The notes beneath the pieces are model-generated. The model ran no database searches. It saw only the letters and a program-made list of their open reading frames with translations, and was not told where the DNA came from. Of a DNA stretch of 64,000 bases, positions 38,891-50,729 are shown in pieces (the first letter of the stretch is position 1; each line of letters begins with the position of its first letter). A program made the translations under genes and the position numbers. Source of the DNA: Leucoraja erinacea (lineage: Eukaryota); the NCBI RefSeq assembly GCF_028641065.1, contig NC_073404.1, forward strand, positions 30,876,001 through 30,940,000, written 5' to 3'.

Positions 38891-39828
38891 CTTGTATCTT
38901 TTTTTTTGTGGATAAAATCTATTACAATTAACCACAGATGAAGTAAGCAAAGATAATCTAAAATATTTATTTAATTGCAATGAGCTACATTTGTCCTTGA
39001 ACAAATACCATTTTTGTTCAAATTAGGCTCGTGTCCATTAACATTTGTAATCTTTCCTATTCTGTTTCCGGCGGATAGAGGTGCTGCCTCACAGCACCAG
39101 AGACCCGGGTTCAATCCTGACCTTGGGTGCTGTCTATGTGGAGTTTGCATGTTCTCCCTATAACCGCCTGGATTTCCACCAGGTGCTCCGGTTTCCTCCC
39201 ACATCCCAAAAGACGAGTGGGTTTATAGTTTAATTGTCGATCTGTAAATTGCCCTTGTGTGTAGGGAGTGGATGAGAAAGTGGGATAACATAGAACTAAT
39301 TTGAACAGGTTGTCGGTGTGGTCTCGGCGGGCCGAATGGCATCTTTCCATGCTGCAGCTTTCAATCGATCAGCGCCTGGTACTTTGATGTTGGAGTTTTG
39401 CCATTCAGCTCCTAGAACAGAATCTCATAATTCTGGGATGAATTCCAATCCTAAAACATCTTATCTGCCAGCTGTACACATGTAGAGCACACTGAATACA
39501 GTTCCTGAGGGCTTAAGGGAATGAATAGAAGATGGATTGGATCTGGACCCTTCTTCTGTCAGATTGGAGTAGGGGGGAGAAAACTGGGAGCGGGGCAAGT
39601 GATAGGTAGATATAGGTGAGCGGAGGGGTGAGTGGGAGATACGTGGAGTTACGACCTTTGTCATTATCTCCACCCAGACTGAAGAAGGGCCCTGACCCAA
39701 AACCTCACCTGTCCATTCCTTCCTCAGATGCCCCACTGAATTTCCTCCAGCATGTTGTATTTTGTGCCAGATTCTGACACCTGCAGTTCCTTGTGTCTCC
39801 AATGTAGAAACATGCTTAAGAAACTCCT

Positions 39829-40038
39829 AGGTAGACAACAGTGCTGGAGAAACTCAGTGGGTGCAGCAGCATCTATGGAGCGAAGGAAATAGGCAACTTT
39901 TCGGGCCGAAACCCCTCGGGTTTCGACCCGAAAAGTTGCCTATTTCCTTCGCTCCATAGATGCTGCTGCACCCGCTGAGTTTCTCCAGCACTTTTGTCTA
40001 CCTTCGATTTCCCAGCATCTGCAGTTCCTTCTTAAACA
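39829..40038. mobile_element. Near-perfect hairpin Penelope-derived element
   Basis: ~85-bp inverted arms plus a one-sided tail cttcgattt..catctgcagttccttcttaaaca. Confidence 0.78.
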
Positions 40039-40720
40039 CTTAAAAAAACTCCCTGCGTTTTCTTTAGTGTGATGAGATTTTTACTGTTAGTGATGTCGAA
40101 AGTAGGAGGTATTCAAATTAAGGTGTTTGCGTTGTTTAATTGACTTTCATTAACTTTTTATAGATTTTATAAAAGTTAATTTATAGAAATTAATCCTGAT
40201 TGCCACACTGGCGGAAGATAATTCAGATTCAGAAAACTTTATTGTCTGTCATAACAGAAAATCTTCTTTGACGTGGCTCAACATACAGACAGGACAATGT
40301 ACTGATAAGCAGTCATACAGCACAGATTTCTGCGACCACACACAGTGTGTATCGATCTTAAAAGCCAATATAAAGATTAAAAACTGTAAAAATAGACAAG
40401 ATAAAAGTTGTGGATACGTGTAAAGTGACAATGCGTCAGGGTTAATTTGTCCATTGTTCATTTTTTATTTAAGCTGTTTATGGCAATGGGTATGAATGAG
40501 TTTTTGTGGATGTTTTTCTTGGATAGGGGGACTTTATATCAGCGGCCTGATGGCAGAAGTTGGAAAGACTTGTGCAGGGGGTGGGTGGGATCCTGTGTAA
40601 TGAGATTGGCTTTCCTTTTAACTGCCTGGGTGTGGAGTACTGATAATTGATTTTGAGTTTTGCCAGTTATTTGTTATAATATTGATGTTTTAAGAATCCA
40701 ATTATCTTGTCTTTCTGCAG

Positions 40721-42787
40721 GAAAATCTGGCATCCTTATCTTTCAGCAAGAAGTCTTCCTTAACCAGGTCCCAGTCTTTAAATGTCATTTCTGTGAAAGA
40801 AATAGTGACGGGGATAGAGTCCAACCAGAATACTGGTGTGTTGCAGACAAAGGCAGAGAATGTCACCAGTGTCCAGAGCCAAATGCCAAAGAGGAATACA
40901 GTTCATGAACTATCTGCAGATTTCCACTGGCCTTCTGAAAACGGCATTGCTGCAAACAAAATTGGTGCAAGCAAGTCTTTAGTTGACGACGGTGAGGTCA
41001 AGCAAAATGGCGGTCTTTGGGTAAACGTACCTGTCGAGAGCTGTGATGATTGCCAGGGGGCAACTTTGGAGAAGTCTGGGCAGGATGAGCTCTTGGGCCA
41101 CCAGCAGGTTGCTAAATGGTGCCCTGGGTCAGTGAGACGTGCGACCAAGGAGTTTGAGGAGCGACTGAAGCAAGAGCACGAACAACAGCCGTGTGTGGCC
41201 ACAGCGTTGCCCACGCGCAAACCTTCTCGTGCCGACGGGGACGCGGCTGGTGACGCCGCGGTGACCAGCAAGAGCGGCGAGGTCTCTCCTGAAGCCTGCT
41301 TGTTGCCGGATAGAGAACAGGGAAGTATCACTATCGGATGCAATGAGCTTCTGAATCCAGAACCAGCCCCGGAGATGCTGTCCAATGTGATCGGGCTCCC
41401 ACTGCAACCCAAAGTAGACCAATTGCAGACTGCGCCTGGCTCTGTGAGCGCTGTAGAACACAGGGTGGTCCATGCTTTTGAAACTTTAGAGGGTTTTGAT
41501 TCATACGCCCAGCTTCCGAAGAAAATTGAGATAATTGAATATACCCATATATTTAAATCAGCAACTCCGCAAGTAGGCATGGATGATAAGAGAGACGAAA
41601 AGATGAAGCGTGAATCTCCAGCAACAGAAAGTGACCTTGCCATACTTTCTATCACTGAAGATGAATCTCCAGCCAAGGAAAATGAAGATACCAGCAAGTC
41701 TCCCGGCGATCTACAGATGGTAGAGGTTCCTTCCACCGATGCTCAGCCACAGCCGCATCTCTGGCCATTATTGGATCCTGCAGGTTTAGCCCCACAAGAC
41801 AGTGCAGAAAGTGAAGCCATGACCTTGCCGATTGCTAGTCCTTTGGGTGAGATAACCCACGTCCCATCAGAATGTGAGGTTGCTGCATTTGACCATCACA
41901 GTGCCCACTTGCCAGTAGACGGATGCCCAACCCCAGTCCTCCACCTGGGAGGTGTCACCCTGTCAAGTACGGATACCGACGCAGAAATCCCTGATGAGGA
42001 AACTTGCCATTTGGAGCTTCAAGATGTCAGCCAAGGAATGGCACGTTTACAAAGCACAGATGTCGGCTGCACAATACTCACCCCTGACGATTTAGAACGC
42101 AGCTTCAGCAGGTTTGACCAGAGTGTCCGAGAGATGCAGAAGATGCTAAGTTTCTCGTACCTTGATCACAATCTTCCGCACCGCTGCAGCAATGACAGTC
42201 TAAACCACCTGAGTGGTCCCCTGGCGTGTGGGAGCCAGCAGGCGGAGGAGATTGGAGCAAAGATAAGACGAGCTGGTCTCACGACACCGTCTCAGATGAA
42301 GCGGTCAGCATCGATCGCCAAGCTGGGTTGCCTCGAACTCTCCACGGATGAGTTATGCAAGACCATGGATCCGACCACGGCACTCCAAGCACTTTGTGAT
42401 TGCGGGCAAGACCCAGCGTGGACTGTGGGAAGGACAGGGGAGGTGAGAACGGGGTGCGCTGGGGAAGAGGAGCCCAACAAAAAGAAGTGTGTTTCCCTCT
42501 CCGTCCTCCACGACGGGCAGACGGAGCAAGGTGAAAGATCTGAGAGCAAAGCTGCGGAGAATCCTCCAATACAACATGCCAAAGACAGCGAGCCTGCCCC
42601 TCATGGTTTAGTGAGAGCAAGGCCCAACCTTTCCCAGCTGGAGCCTTCTGACACAGACCCACCTTGTCTCACATCATTGACACCCTCAAAGCCTCATCAC
42701 AACCATCACAGAAATCATCCGTTAAAGCAAATCAAATCAGCCGGTGGGAGGAAGTGGACTGCAAGTCCTCTGTATAACACCATGTAA
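40721..42787 (+). CDS. SSH2: SSH2 last coding exon: ENLASL...ISVKEIV...KWCPGSVRRATKEFEERL...LPKKIEIIEYTH...MKRSASIAKL...SPLYNTM*
   Basis: ttctgcag| acceptor is in frame with ORF 40793..42787; SSH2-specific motifs and C-terminal YNTM*. Confidence 0.95.
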   Translation, partial: ENLASLSFSKKSSLTRSQSLNVISVKEIVTGIESNQNTGVLQTKAENVTSVQSQMPKRNTVHELSADFHWPSENGIAANKIGASKSLVDDGEVKQNGGLWVNVPVESCDDCQGATLEKSGQDELLGHQQVAKWCPGSVRRATKEFEERLKQEHEQQPCVATALPTRKPSRADGDAAGDAAVTSKSGEVSPEACLLPDREQGSITIGCNELLNPEPAPEMLSNVIGLPLQPKVDQLQTAPGSVSAVEHRVVHAFETLEGFDSYAQLPKKIEIIEYTHIFKSATPQVGMDDKRDEKMKRESPATESDLAILSITEDESPAKENEDTSKSPGDLQMVEVPSTDAQPQPHLWPLLDPAGLAPQDSAESEAMTLPIASPLGEITHVPSECEVAAFDHHSAHLPVDGCPTPVLHLGGVTLSSTDTDAEIPDEETCHLELQDVSQGMARLQSTDVGCTILTPDDLERSFSRFDQSVREMQKMLSFSYLDHNLPHRCSNDSLNHLSGPLACGSQQAEEIGAKIRRAGLTTPSQMKRSASIAKLGCLELSTDELCKTMDPTTALQALCDCGQDPAWTVGRTGEVRTGCAGEEEPNKKKCVSLSVLHDGQTEQGERSESKAAENPPIQHAKDSEPAPHGLVRARPNLSQLEPSDTDPPCLTSLTPSKPHHNHHRNHPLKQIKSAGGRKWTASPLYNTM

Positions 42788-45700
42788 CTCTTGTCGGTTT
42801 CTGGACAAGAGGCAGATGGGTTTATTCAGAAGGAACATGCACTTTACAATTTGTTTTCTATATGTGAAATGCGTGTTTTATTTTGTGACGACTGCATGTG
42901 AACCTTGGGCTTTCTGTAGTTGGTTTTGATTTGAAATTGTCCTGTTTAAACCCATTGTTAAAGAGCGCACCAACCAACACAGATCAAGTTTGTGATTCAC
43001 AAGCCCCCTCGAAACCAAAATCAGGGAAACGCTGCTCTTTGTGAAACATTTCATATTGTACAAACTTAACGTCACTTTTGTAACTTTTGCATTGCTTACC
43101 GTTCATAATGTGTTTGGACTGAATTCCCTGATGCCCGTCAGAAGGAAAACATGAGTGCAGCTGATCCTTCGGCCCATGCCATTCTCTCGCTTGTCGTGCA
43201 GGGAATGATGGAAGGCACCANNNNNNNNNNNNNNNNNNNNNNNNNNNNNNNNNNNNNNNNNNNNNNNNNNNNNNNNNNNNNNNNNNNNNNNNNNNNNNNN
43301 NNNNNNNNNNNNNNNNNNNNNNNNNNNNNNNNNNNNNNNNNNNNNNNNNNNNNNNNNNNNNNNNNNNNNNNNNNNNNNNNNNNNNNNNNNNNNNNNATTA
43401 CCGATCTATTCCCTGCTGGCTGGCTTTCACACACACTGTTGGATGCATCATTTTAACCTACGCAACGTGCTGAAAATGTTCAGAGTGAAATTGGTTTACA
43501 TATGTTTTGTCAGTTTGTATTTTCCCTGTAAGATGGTCTGCTTTCAGGGTGAATGTGAATTATTACTTGAACTCTGCACTGAGCGATTCCTCAGCCCCTC
43601 CATATCAGTGTCTGGAGGAGTCCTCCTTGCAACTGGCATCTGCTCTTTATTACTCTGTGTACCCTGTCTGGTTTGCAGGCAGACGTAAATGCACCTGAAC
43701 CATAACGGAGTCACTTTTCAAAAGTGCTATATCCTTCAAAGATGCTCCCTTTTCATTCATTTTATAAATTGCTGATTTGGATTTATTTTTTTTGCATTTT
43801 TGTTAAAAGACGTTTGTTCCTGTTTAATAAAACAACTTTCCCCTCTTTCCTGCTCCTTCCCACTTCTTGCTTGAAAGAACAATTTGATAAAGACTAAATT
43901 ATTTAATTTAACTGGAATTATCTTTGTTCCAGCCTAATAAAATTCAACAGGTGGTTTCCCCTCTTCTCTCCCCACCCTTTTCTTGCTTGAGAGCACACTT
44001 TGATACGGATTAAATGATTACATGAAACTGGAATTAATTGCAATCTGCTATCTATTTCAATGTGGTGGGTTGTCAGGATCGCCCGCCATCCTCGTATCTG
44101 CACACCTCCGTGCCGTGAAGAATAATATCGGTGATACCCAAACTCCAGGTTGTACTGGAAACTTGTGGCCAACAAGCTGAAGATGTCAGTAATATTCTTG
44201 TAATTATTTTCTCTCCCGTCATTCTCACCGTAGCTCGTGGACGTTCTCTGCCATATCCAGAGTGCACAGTTCTTTGAATAACTGCAAGGATTTTTGTGCT
44301 GTGTGTGTGTGTGTGTGAGAACAAACGCCTGGTTTTAAAACGGTGACACCCAAACTATACCGGACATCTGTTGCTGTTAGGAATGTGGTCTGGGTTAGCT
44401 GGAAATAAGCATCTTTTTTACAAATTGAACAGTAAACTACTGGCACTGACCAAGCAGAAATGTTGTTATAAGATTCAGCAAATGGTCATCATCATGAGAA
44501 ATGATTATTATGGGGGGGAAATGGAAAAGTCTAAAACAAGATTTGGAACATTAATTAAGAATATATTTGCTATAGTCATAGTCTAAATTATAAAGTAGAA
44601 TTTCACATTGTTATTATAACTAGTGTTCTTGTCTAGTCCCGTGAAATTGTATTTGGGCAAATGGGCAATTCATACATTTCTTAAACATGCAAAAAGATTC
44701 TCCCCGTCCAACTTCCCATGTCTAGAAACACTACTGCAACTTTCTTGGAGGAACAGTGCTGGGTTCAATCTCTTCCCACTGTATAGGGCAGGTTTATAGT
44801 GCTCTCATCACTCCCTGTGTCTCTGTAGTGCGAGTGTGGATTCCTGTATCCCTTATTCTCCCTGCCCCAGTCCTCTGCTGCTTTAATGTGTACGAAGGAA
44901 CTGCAGATGCTGGTTAAAACTGAAGATGGACACAAAACGCTGGAGTAACAGCGGGTCAGGCAGCATCTCTGGAGAGGAGGAGTGATGAGAGATGCTACCT
45001 ATCCCGCTGTGTTACTCCAGCTTTCTGTGTCTATCGCTGCTGTTGTAACATGCTGAGCCTTGTAACCTTATTCACACCCGCCTGTTGGTCTGTTTAGGCT
45101 GCTGGTCTGTTTGACTTCACAATCCCTGCAGTTAGGAAACTAAAAAAAAAATAGCTGGGATGTTCAGGATTGGGCTGTTCCGGATTGGAATTGCTGTAGG
45201 CCTTAATTCAGTTGTAACCTTCAAAAACATAGCCTCAATGTATACGATATGATTTTTAATAAAATCACCATCTGCCCATGCCTGTAGCAATACTGCATTG
45301 TCCACTTTTCATTTAATGACCGCCCCTATTGTAAATTGTTCAGGATTGGGCTGTAACGTTTGAATTCCTGTACGTCCTAGTTCAGTCGTAACTTTCAAGA
45401 ACGTAGCTGGGATGTTCACGATAAGCTTTGTATGTAAGATCTCCCCGTGCCTGTAGTAATATTGCATTGCCCACTGTCCATTTAACCGACGCCCCCCCAT
45501 TGTAAATAAAAGGGAGAGTTGACGACTTTGTGTATCTTGCCTGGAACATGTGAAATAGTGTAGCTGACGGGCTAGGCGGGAAACCATTAAACATAGATGT
45601 CACCAGTCTCTGGACCTCTGCTGTTGCAAAGTTACTTTTGAAGCCACTGCTGTTAACAACTTTGAAAGGGCATTTTTGTACAAAGTGAGTCTTTTATAAC

Positions 45701-46400
45701 TGGGATCATTATTGTTTACATTGTGAATATTTGAGCTGTACATTTTCTGAATTTGTAGATGCAGCCAGTGTGCTCCTGCCTTGGCATTCGCTTTTCATTC
45801 ATTGGTTTGTAATTGTCAAACTGATTTTTACACTTTTTTTAAAACCAATGTACATTACGTGACTGCATGTGTCATATGGGGGGGGGGTGGGGGGGGTGAG
45901 GCTGCGGGAGAAGCTTCATTCTTAATAGTTTTTGTAAGATGGGAGCGAGTACCACCGTTTTTTAAAATCGGGTGGTACGTTTGCATTAGCCTTATATATT
46001 GCCACCGTACCATATAAATGTGACATTCACAGTAAAGGACATATGGCACAAGACAAGACAGTGCCTTCTGATGAATTAGGATTACACCACACTTGAGGTA
46101 GATCTGTTAGCGACGTGTGACATTGGGGTTTTATTCCACAGCCTCTGTCGCTAACACTGTGTGGTTCCCAATTGGGTGAGTTCTCACATGAAGTTTGATC
46201 AGTCCACCTGGCCAGAGGCAGTGTGTGGCCCTGGGCCCACTCTTCATGTTAGACTGTTACTGGACGCTGTTTCTCATGATGGCGAACCCCGCTGTACAAA
46301 TGGATTTTTATTGCGAGTGTGCTCAGTTGCTTAATGTGAAGTAATGCACTGTTGTATTAAGTACAATGTTCTTGTTACAAAATTAATAAATTTTTATTTT
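42788..46400 (+). other. SSH2: Probable long SSH2 3'UTR (contains a gap at 43221-43396)
   Basis: Follows the stop codon; AT-rich and nearly free of the LINE/SINE copies that flank it; several AATAAA hexamers. Confidence 0.65.
46385..46390 (+). terminator. Candidate distal polyadenylation signal AATAAA
   Basis: AATAAA with an upstream TGTA and downstream T/GT-rich tracts, just before repeat density rises sharply. Alternative AATAAA near 43826, 43936 and 45258. Confidence 0.55.
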
Positions 46401-46525
46401 GGAGAATGGTATTTTTTGGAATACATGGATAGTTAGAGATGTAAAATTGCAAATGGAAGCACTATACGGCCATTCAATTAATATATAAAACAGGAAGATT
46501 TAACACTTTGGTAATAATCATATTT

Positions 46526-47451
46526 CATAGAAACATAGAAAATAGGTGCAGGAGTAGGCCATTCAGCCCTTCGAACCTGCACCGCCATTCAATATGATCA
46601 TGGCTGATCATCCAACTCAGTATCCTGTACCTGCCTTCTCTCCATACCCCCTGATCCCGTTAGCCACAAGGGCCACATCTAACTCCCTCTTAAATATAGC
46701 CAATGAACTGTGGCCTGAACTACCTTGTGTGGCAGAGAATTCCACAGATTCACCTCTCTGCGTGAAAAATGTTTTCCTCGTCTCGGTCCTAAAAGACTTC
46801 CCCCTTATCCTTAAACTGTGACCCCTTGTCCTGGACTTCCCCAACATCGGGAACAATCTTCCTGCATCTAGCCTGTCCAACCCCTTAAGAATGTTGTAAG
46901 TTTCTATAAGATCCCCCCTCAATCTTCTAAATTCTAGCGAGTACAAGCCGAGTCTATCCAGTCTTTCTTCATATGAAAGGCCTGACATCCCAGGAATCAG
47001 TCTGGTGAACCTTCTCTGCACTCCCTCTATGGCAAGAATGTCTTTCCTCAGATTTGGAGACCAAAACTGTACGCAATACTCCAGGTGTGGTTTCACCAAG
47101 ACCCTGTACAACTGCAGTAGAACCTCCTTGCTCCTATACTCAAATCCTTTTGCTATGAATGCTAACATATCATTTGCTTTTTTCACTGCCTGCTGCACCT
47201 GCTTGCCTACTTTCAATGACTGGTGTACCATGACACCCAGGTCTCGTTGCATCTCCCCTTTTCCTAATCGGCCACCATTTAGATAATAGTCTACTTTCCT
47301 GTTTTTGCCACCAAAGTGGATAACCTCACATTTATCCACATTACACTGCATCTGCCATGCATTTGCCCACTCACCCAGCCTATCCAAGTCACCTTGCAGC
47401 CTCCTAGCATCCTCCTCACAGCTAACACTGCCCCCCAGCTTCGTGTCATCG
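46526..47451 (-). mobile_element. Young CR1 LINE, 5'-truncated (end of RT plus 3'UTR)
   Basis: ORF 46617..47387 (256 aa, CR1 ORF2 C-terminus); DDTKLGG remnant at the truncation; (tttctatg)n tail. Confidence 0.92.
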
Positions 47452-48656
47452 GCAAGATGTCATTTTGCTTTGTTAATGTTACACTTCAGGCTCTTTTTTA
47501 ATTCCAGTTCAGTTAGTTTATTGTCACGTGTGTCAAAGAACAATTAAAAGCTTCTGTTGCGTGCTAACCAGTCAGTGGAAAGACAATACATGATTACAAT
47601 CGATCCATTTACAGTGTACAGATAGATAACTTGTTTTTCTTCAAGACAGCAAGGGATCGGAATAGAGGGTAGACAAAAGTTGCCTATTTCCTTTGCTCCA
47701 TAGATTTCCTTTGCTCCATAGATGCTGCTGCACCCGCTGAGTTTCTCCAGCACTTTTGTCTACCTTCGATTTTCCAGCATCTGCAGTTCCTTCTTAAACA
47801 AGGGATTGGAATACCCTACCAGCCAGCATCAGGGATCTCCAAAACATCAACACATACAAAGATGCAACTCCAAAAGTATCGACTAGCATGTCCGACACCA
47901 TCATAGTGCTGAGTGATTCTCTACCTAGAGCTGTCCAGCGTATTACATCCAGATCTAGGTACATAATAAGGGAATAATGGTTAAACCAGCAATGTCTAAT
48001 CAAGGATAGTTCGAGGGTCATCAATGATAATAGAATTATAGACTTGCAGAGCTGAGCAGCACGGAAACAGGCCATTCAGCCCACCTTGTGCATGCTTTCA
48101 CACCTCTGCATCAGTTATAATGTTGTAAACATGAAACAAGCCCTTCGGCCCACCTTGTCCATATCAACCAAATTGCCATTCTTGGCTGGTTCCATTTGCC
48201 CGTAGCCCTCTAAAACCTTTCTATCCAAATATCAGCGTGAATATCTTTGGAAAAGTCATAATTATATCCGCTTTTACAGCTTCCTCTGGCAGCTCGTTCC
48301 AGATACCGACTGCACGCTAAGTGGAATAAGTTGAGTTTAGTTTATTGTCACGTGTACCGAGGTACAGTGAAAAGCTTTTGTTGCATGCTGACCGGTTAGC
48401 AGGAAGACAATCCATGATTACAATCGAGCCGTCCGAGTTGTGTACAGATACATGATAAAGGGAATCATGTTTAGTGCAAGGTAAAGTCCGATCTCTGCTA
48501 GTCCAAAAGTCTCCAATGAGGTAGATAATAGTTCAGAACCGCTCTCTAGTAGTTGGTAGGATGGTTCAGTTGCCTGATAACTTGCCCCTGAAGTTTCTCA
48601 TCATTCTCTCTCCTCTCACCTAAAGCTGATGCCCTCTAGCTTTAGAATTCTCTACC

Positions 48657-48700
<44 letters not shown>

Positions 48701-49166
48701 GAATTAGTATATTCGGCCCATCGAGTCTACCCCACCATTCACTCATGGCTGATCTATCTCTCCCTCCTAACCCCATCCTCCTGCCTTCTCCACATAACCC
48801 CTGACACCTGTACTAATCTATCTGCTTTAAAAATATCCATTGACTTGGCCTCCACAGCCTTCTGTGGCAAAGAATTCCACAGATTCACCACCCTCTGACT
48901 AAAGAAATTCCTCTTCATCTCCTTTCTAAAGGAACGTTCTCTTCAGATTGTATTTGCCTTCCTTACTAACACTCGCACGTGCAAATTAACCCTTGGGGAA
49001 CTCTGCACCAGCATTCCCATGTTCCTTTGTGGAATCATCCTCTCCACATCCCGTCTACCTCCTATTATCCGGCTCCTCCATTCATCTGGACAAAATTACG
49101 AGAAAGCACTTAAAATCCCCCCGGAAATGTGGTGCCCAGGCCGGGTGAGATGGCCGATCTCATCGA

Positions 49167-50540
49167 AACAGAAAAATAGGTGCAGGAGTAGGCCATTCGG
49201 CCCTTCGAGCCAGCACCACCGTTCAATATGATCATGGCTGATCATCCAAAATCAGTGCCCTGTTCCTGCTTTTCCACCATATCTCTTGATTCCGTTAGCC
49301 CTAAGAGCTTTATCTAACTCCCTTGAAAACATCCAGTGACTTGGCCTCCACTGCCTTCTGTGGCAGAGAATTCCACAGATTCACCAACCCTGCGTGAGGA
49401 AGGTTTTCCTCATCTCAGTCCTATATGGCCAACCCCTTATTTTTAAACTGTGAGCCCCTGGTTCTGGACTTCCCCAACATCGGGAATGTTTTTCTTGCAT
49501 CTAGCTTGTCCAATCCTTTAAGAATTTTATATGTTTCTATAAGATATCCTCTCATCCTTCAAAATTCCAGTGAATACAAGCCTAGTCGACCCATTCTTTC
49601 AGCATATGTCAGTCCTGTCATCCCGGGAATTAACCTAGTGAACCTACGCTGCACTCCCTCAATAGCAAGAATGTCCTTCCTCAAATTAGGAGACCAAAAT
49701 TGCACACAATACTCCAGGTGCAGTCTCACCAGGGCCCTGCGCAACTGCAGTAGGACCTTGCTTCTAAACTCAAATCCTCTTGCAATGAAGGCTAGCATGC
49801 CATTAGCTTTCTTCACTGCCTGCTGTACCTGCATGCTTACTTTCAGTGACTGACATACAAGCACACATAGGTCTCGTTGCACCTCCCTTTTCCTAATCTG
49901 ACACCATTCAGATCATAATCTGCCTTCCTGTTCTTGCCACCAAAGTGAATAACCTCACATTTATCCACATTATACTGCATCTGCCACGCATCTGCCCACT
50001 CACCCAACCTGACCAGGTCACCCTGCAGCCTCATAGCATCCTCCTCGCAACTCACATTTCCACCCAACTTTGTGTCATCTGCAAACTTGGATGTCACATT
50101 TAATTCCCACTAAATCGTTAATATATATTGTAAATAATGGGTCAATAGACAATAGGTGCAGGAGCAGGCCATTCGGCCATTCAATGTGATCATGGCTGAT
50201 CATCCCCAATCAGTACCCCGTTGCTGCCTTCTCCCCATATCCCCTGACTCCGCTATTTTTAAGATCCCTGTCTAGCTCCCTCTTGAAAGTATCCAGAGAA
50301 CCGGCCTCCAACCGGTCCCAACACCGAGCCTTGCGGCACCCACTAGTCACTGCCTGCCATTCTGAAAAGGACCCATTAATTCCTGCTCTTTGCTTCTTGT
50401 CTGCCAACCAGTTCTCTATCCATGTCGATACCCTCCCCCCAATAACATGTGCTCTAATGTTGCACACTAGTCTCTTGTCCTCCTCAGCACAGCTACCAAT
50501 TTGGTTGGCCCAATCTATATGTAGATTGAAGTCAGGCATG
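49167..50540 (-). mobile_element. CR1 LINE fragment with another CR1 3' end nested at about 50143-50310
   Basis: ORFs 49843..50097 (KFADDTKLGG), 49559..49882 and 50210..50647 (WIENWL..KQR.GINGSFSEW..VTSG). Confidence 0.88.
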
Positions 50541-50729
50541 ATAACTGCGCATGGGTATTTCCGCGGCTGATTGGCGGGTGGACTCTGCCCTCTGCGGCCG
50601 AGGCTCATGAACTCTGACCTTGCCGGAGCCGGCAGATACGTTCCCATGGCCGATTTTGCGGCCGGTATCTCGGCCCCTCCCCTTGGCGGTCAAGGCGGAA
50701 CGATCCGGTACCGTTGGACTCGTCACGGA

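Noticed and set aside
40903-41736. 277-aa antisense ORF (also 37264..37794 and 42279..42662)
   Set aside because: Antisense shadows of the long SSH2 exons; no recognisable domains.
48658-48698. ~40-nt poly-G tract as a G-quadruplex element
   Set aside because: It lies at a junction of CR1 fragments, and long pure G runs are often sequencing or assembly artefacts; cannot be supported.
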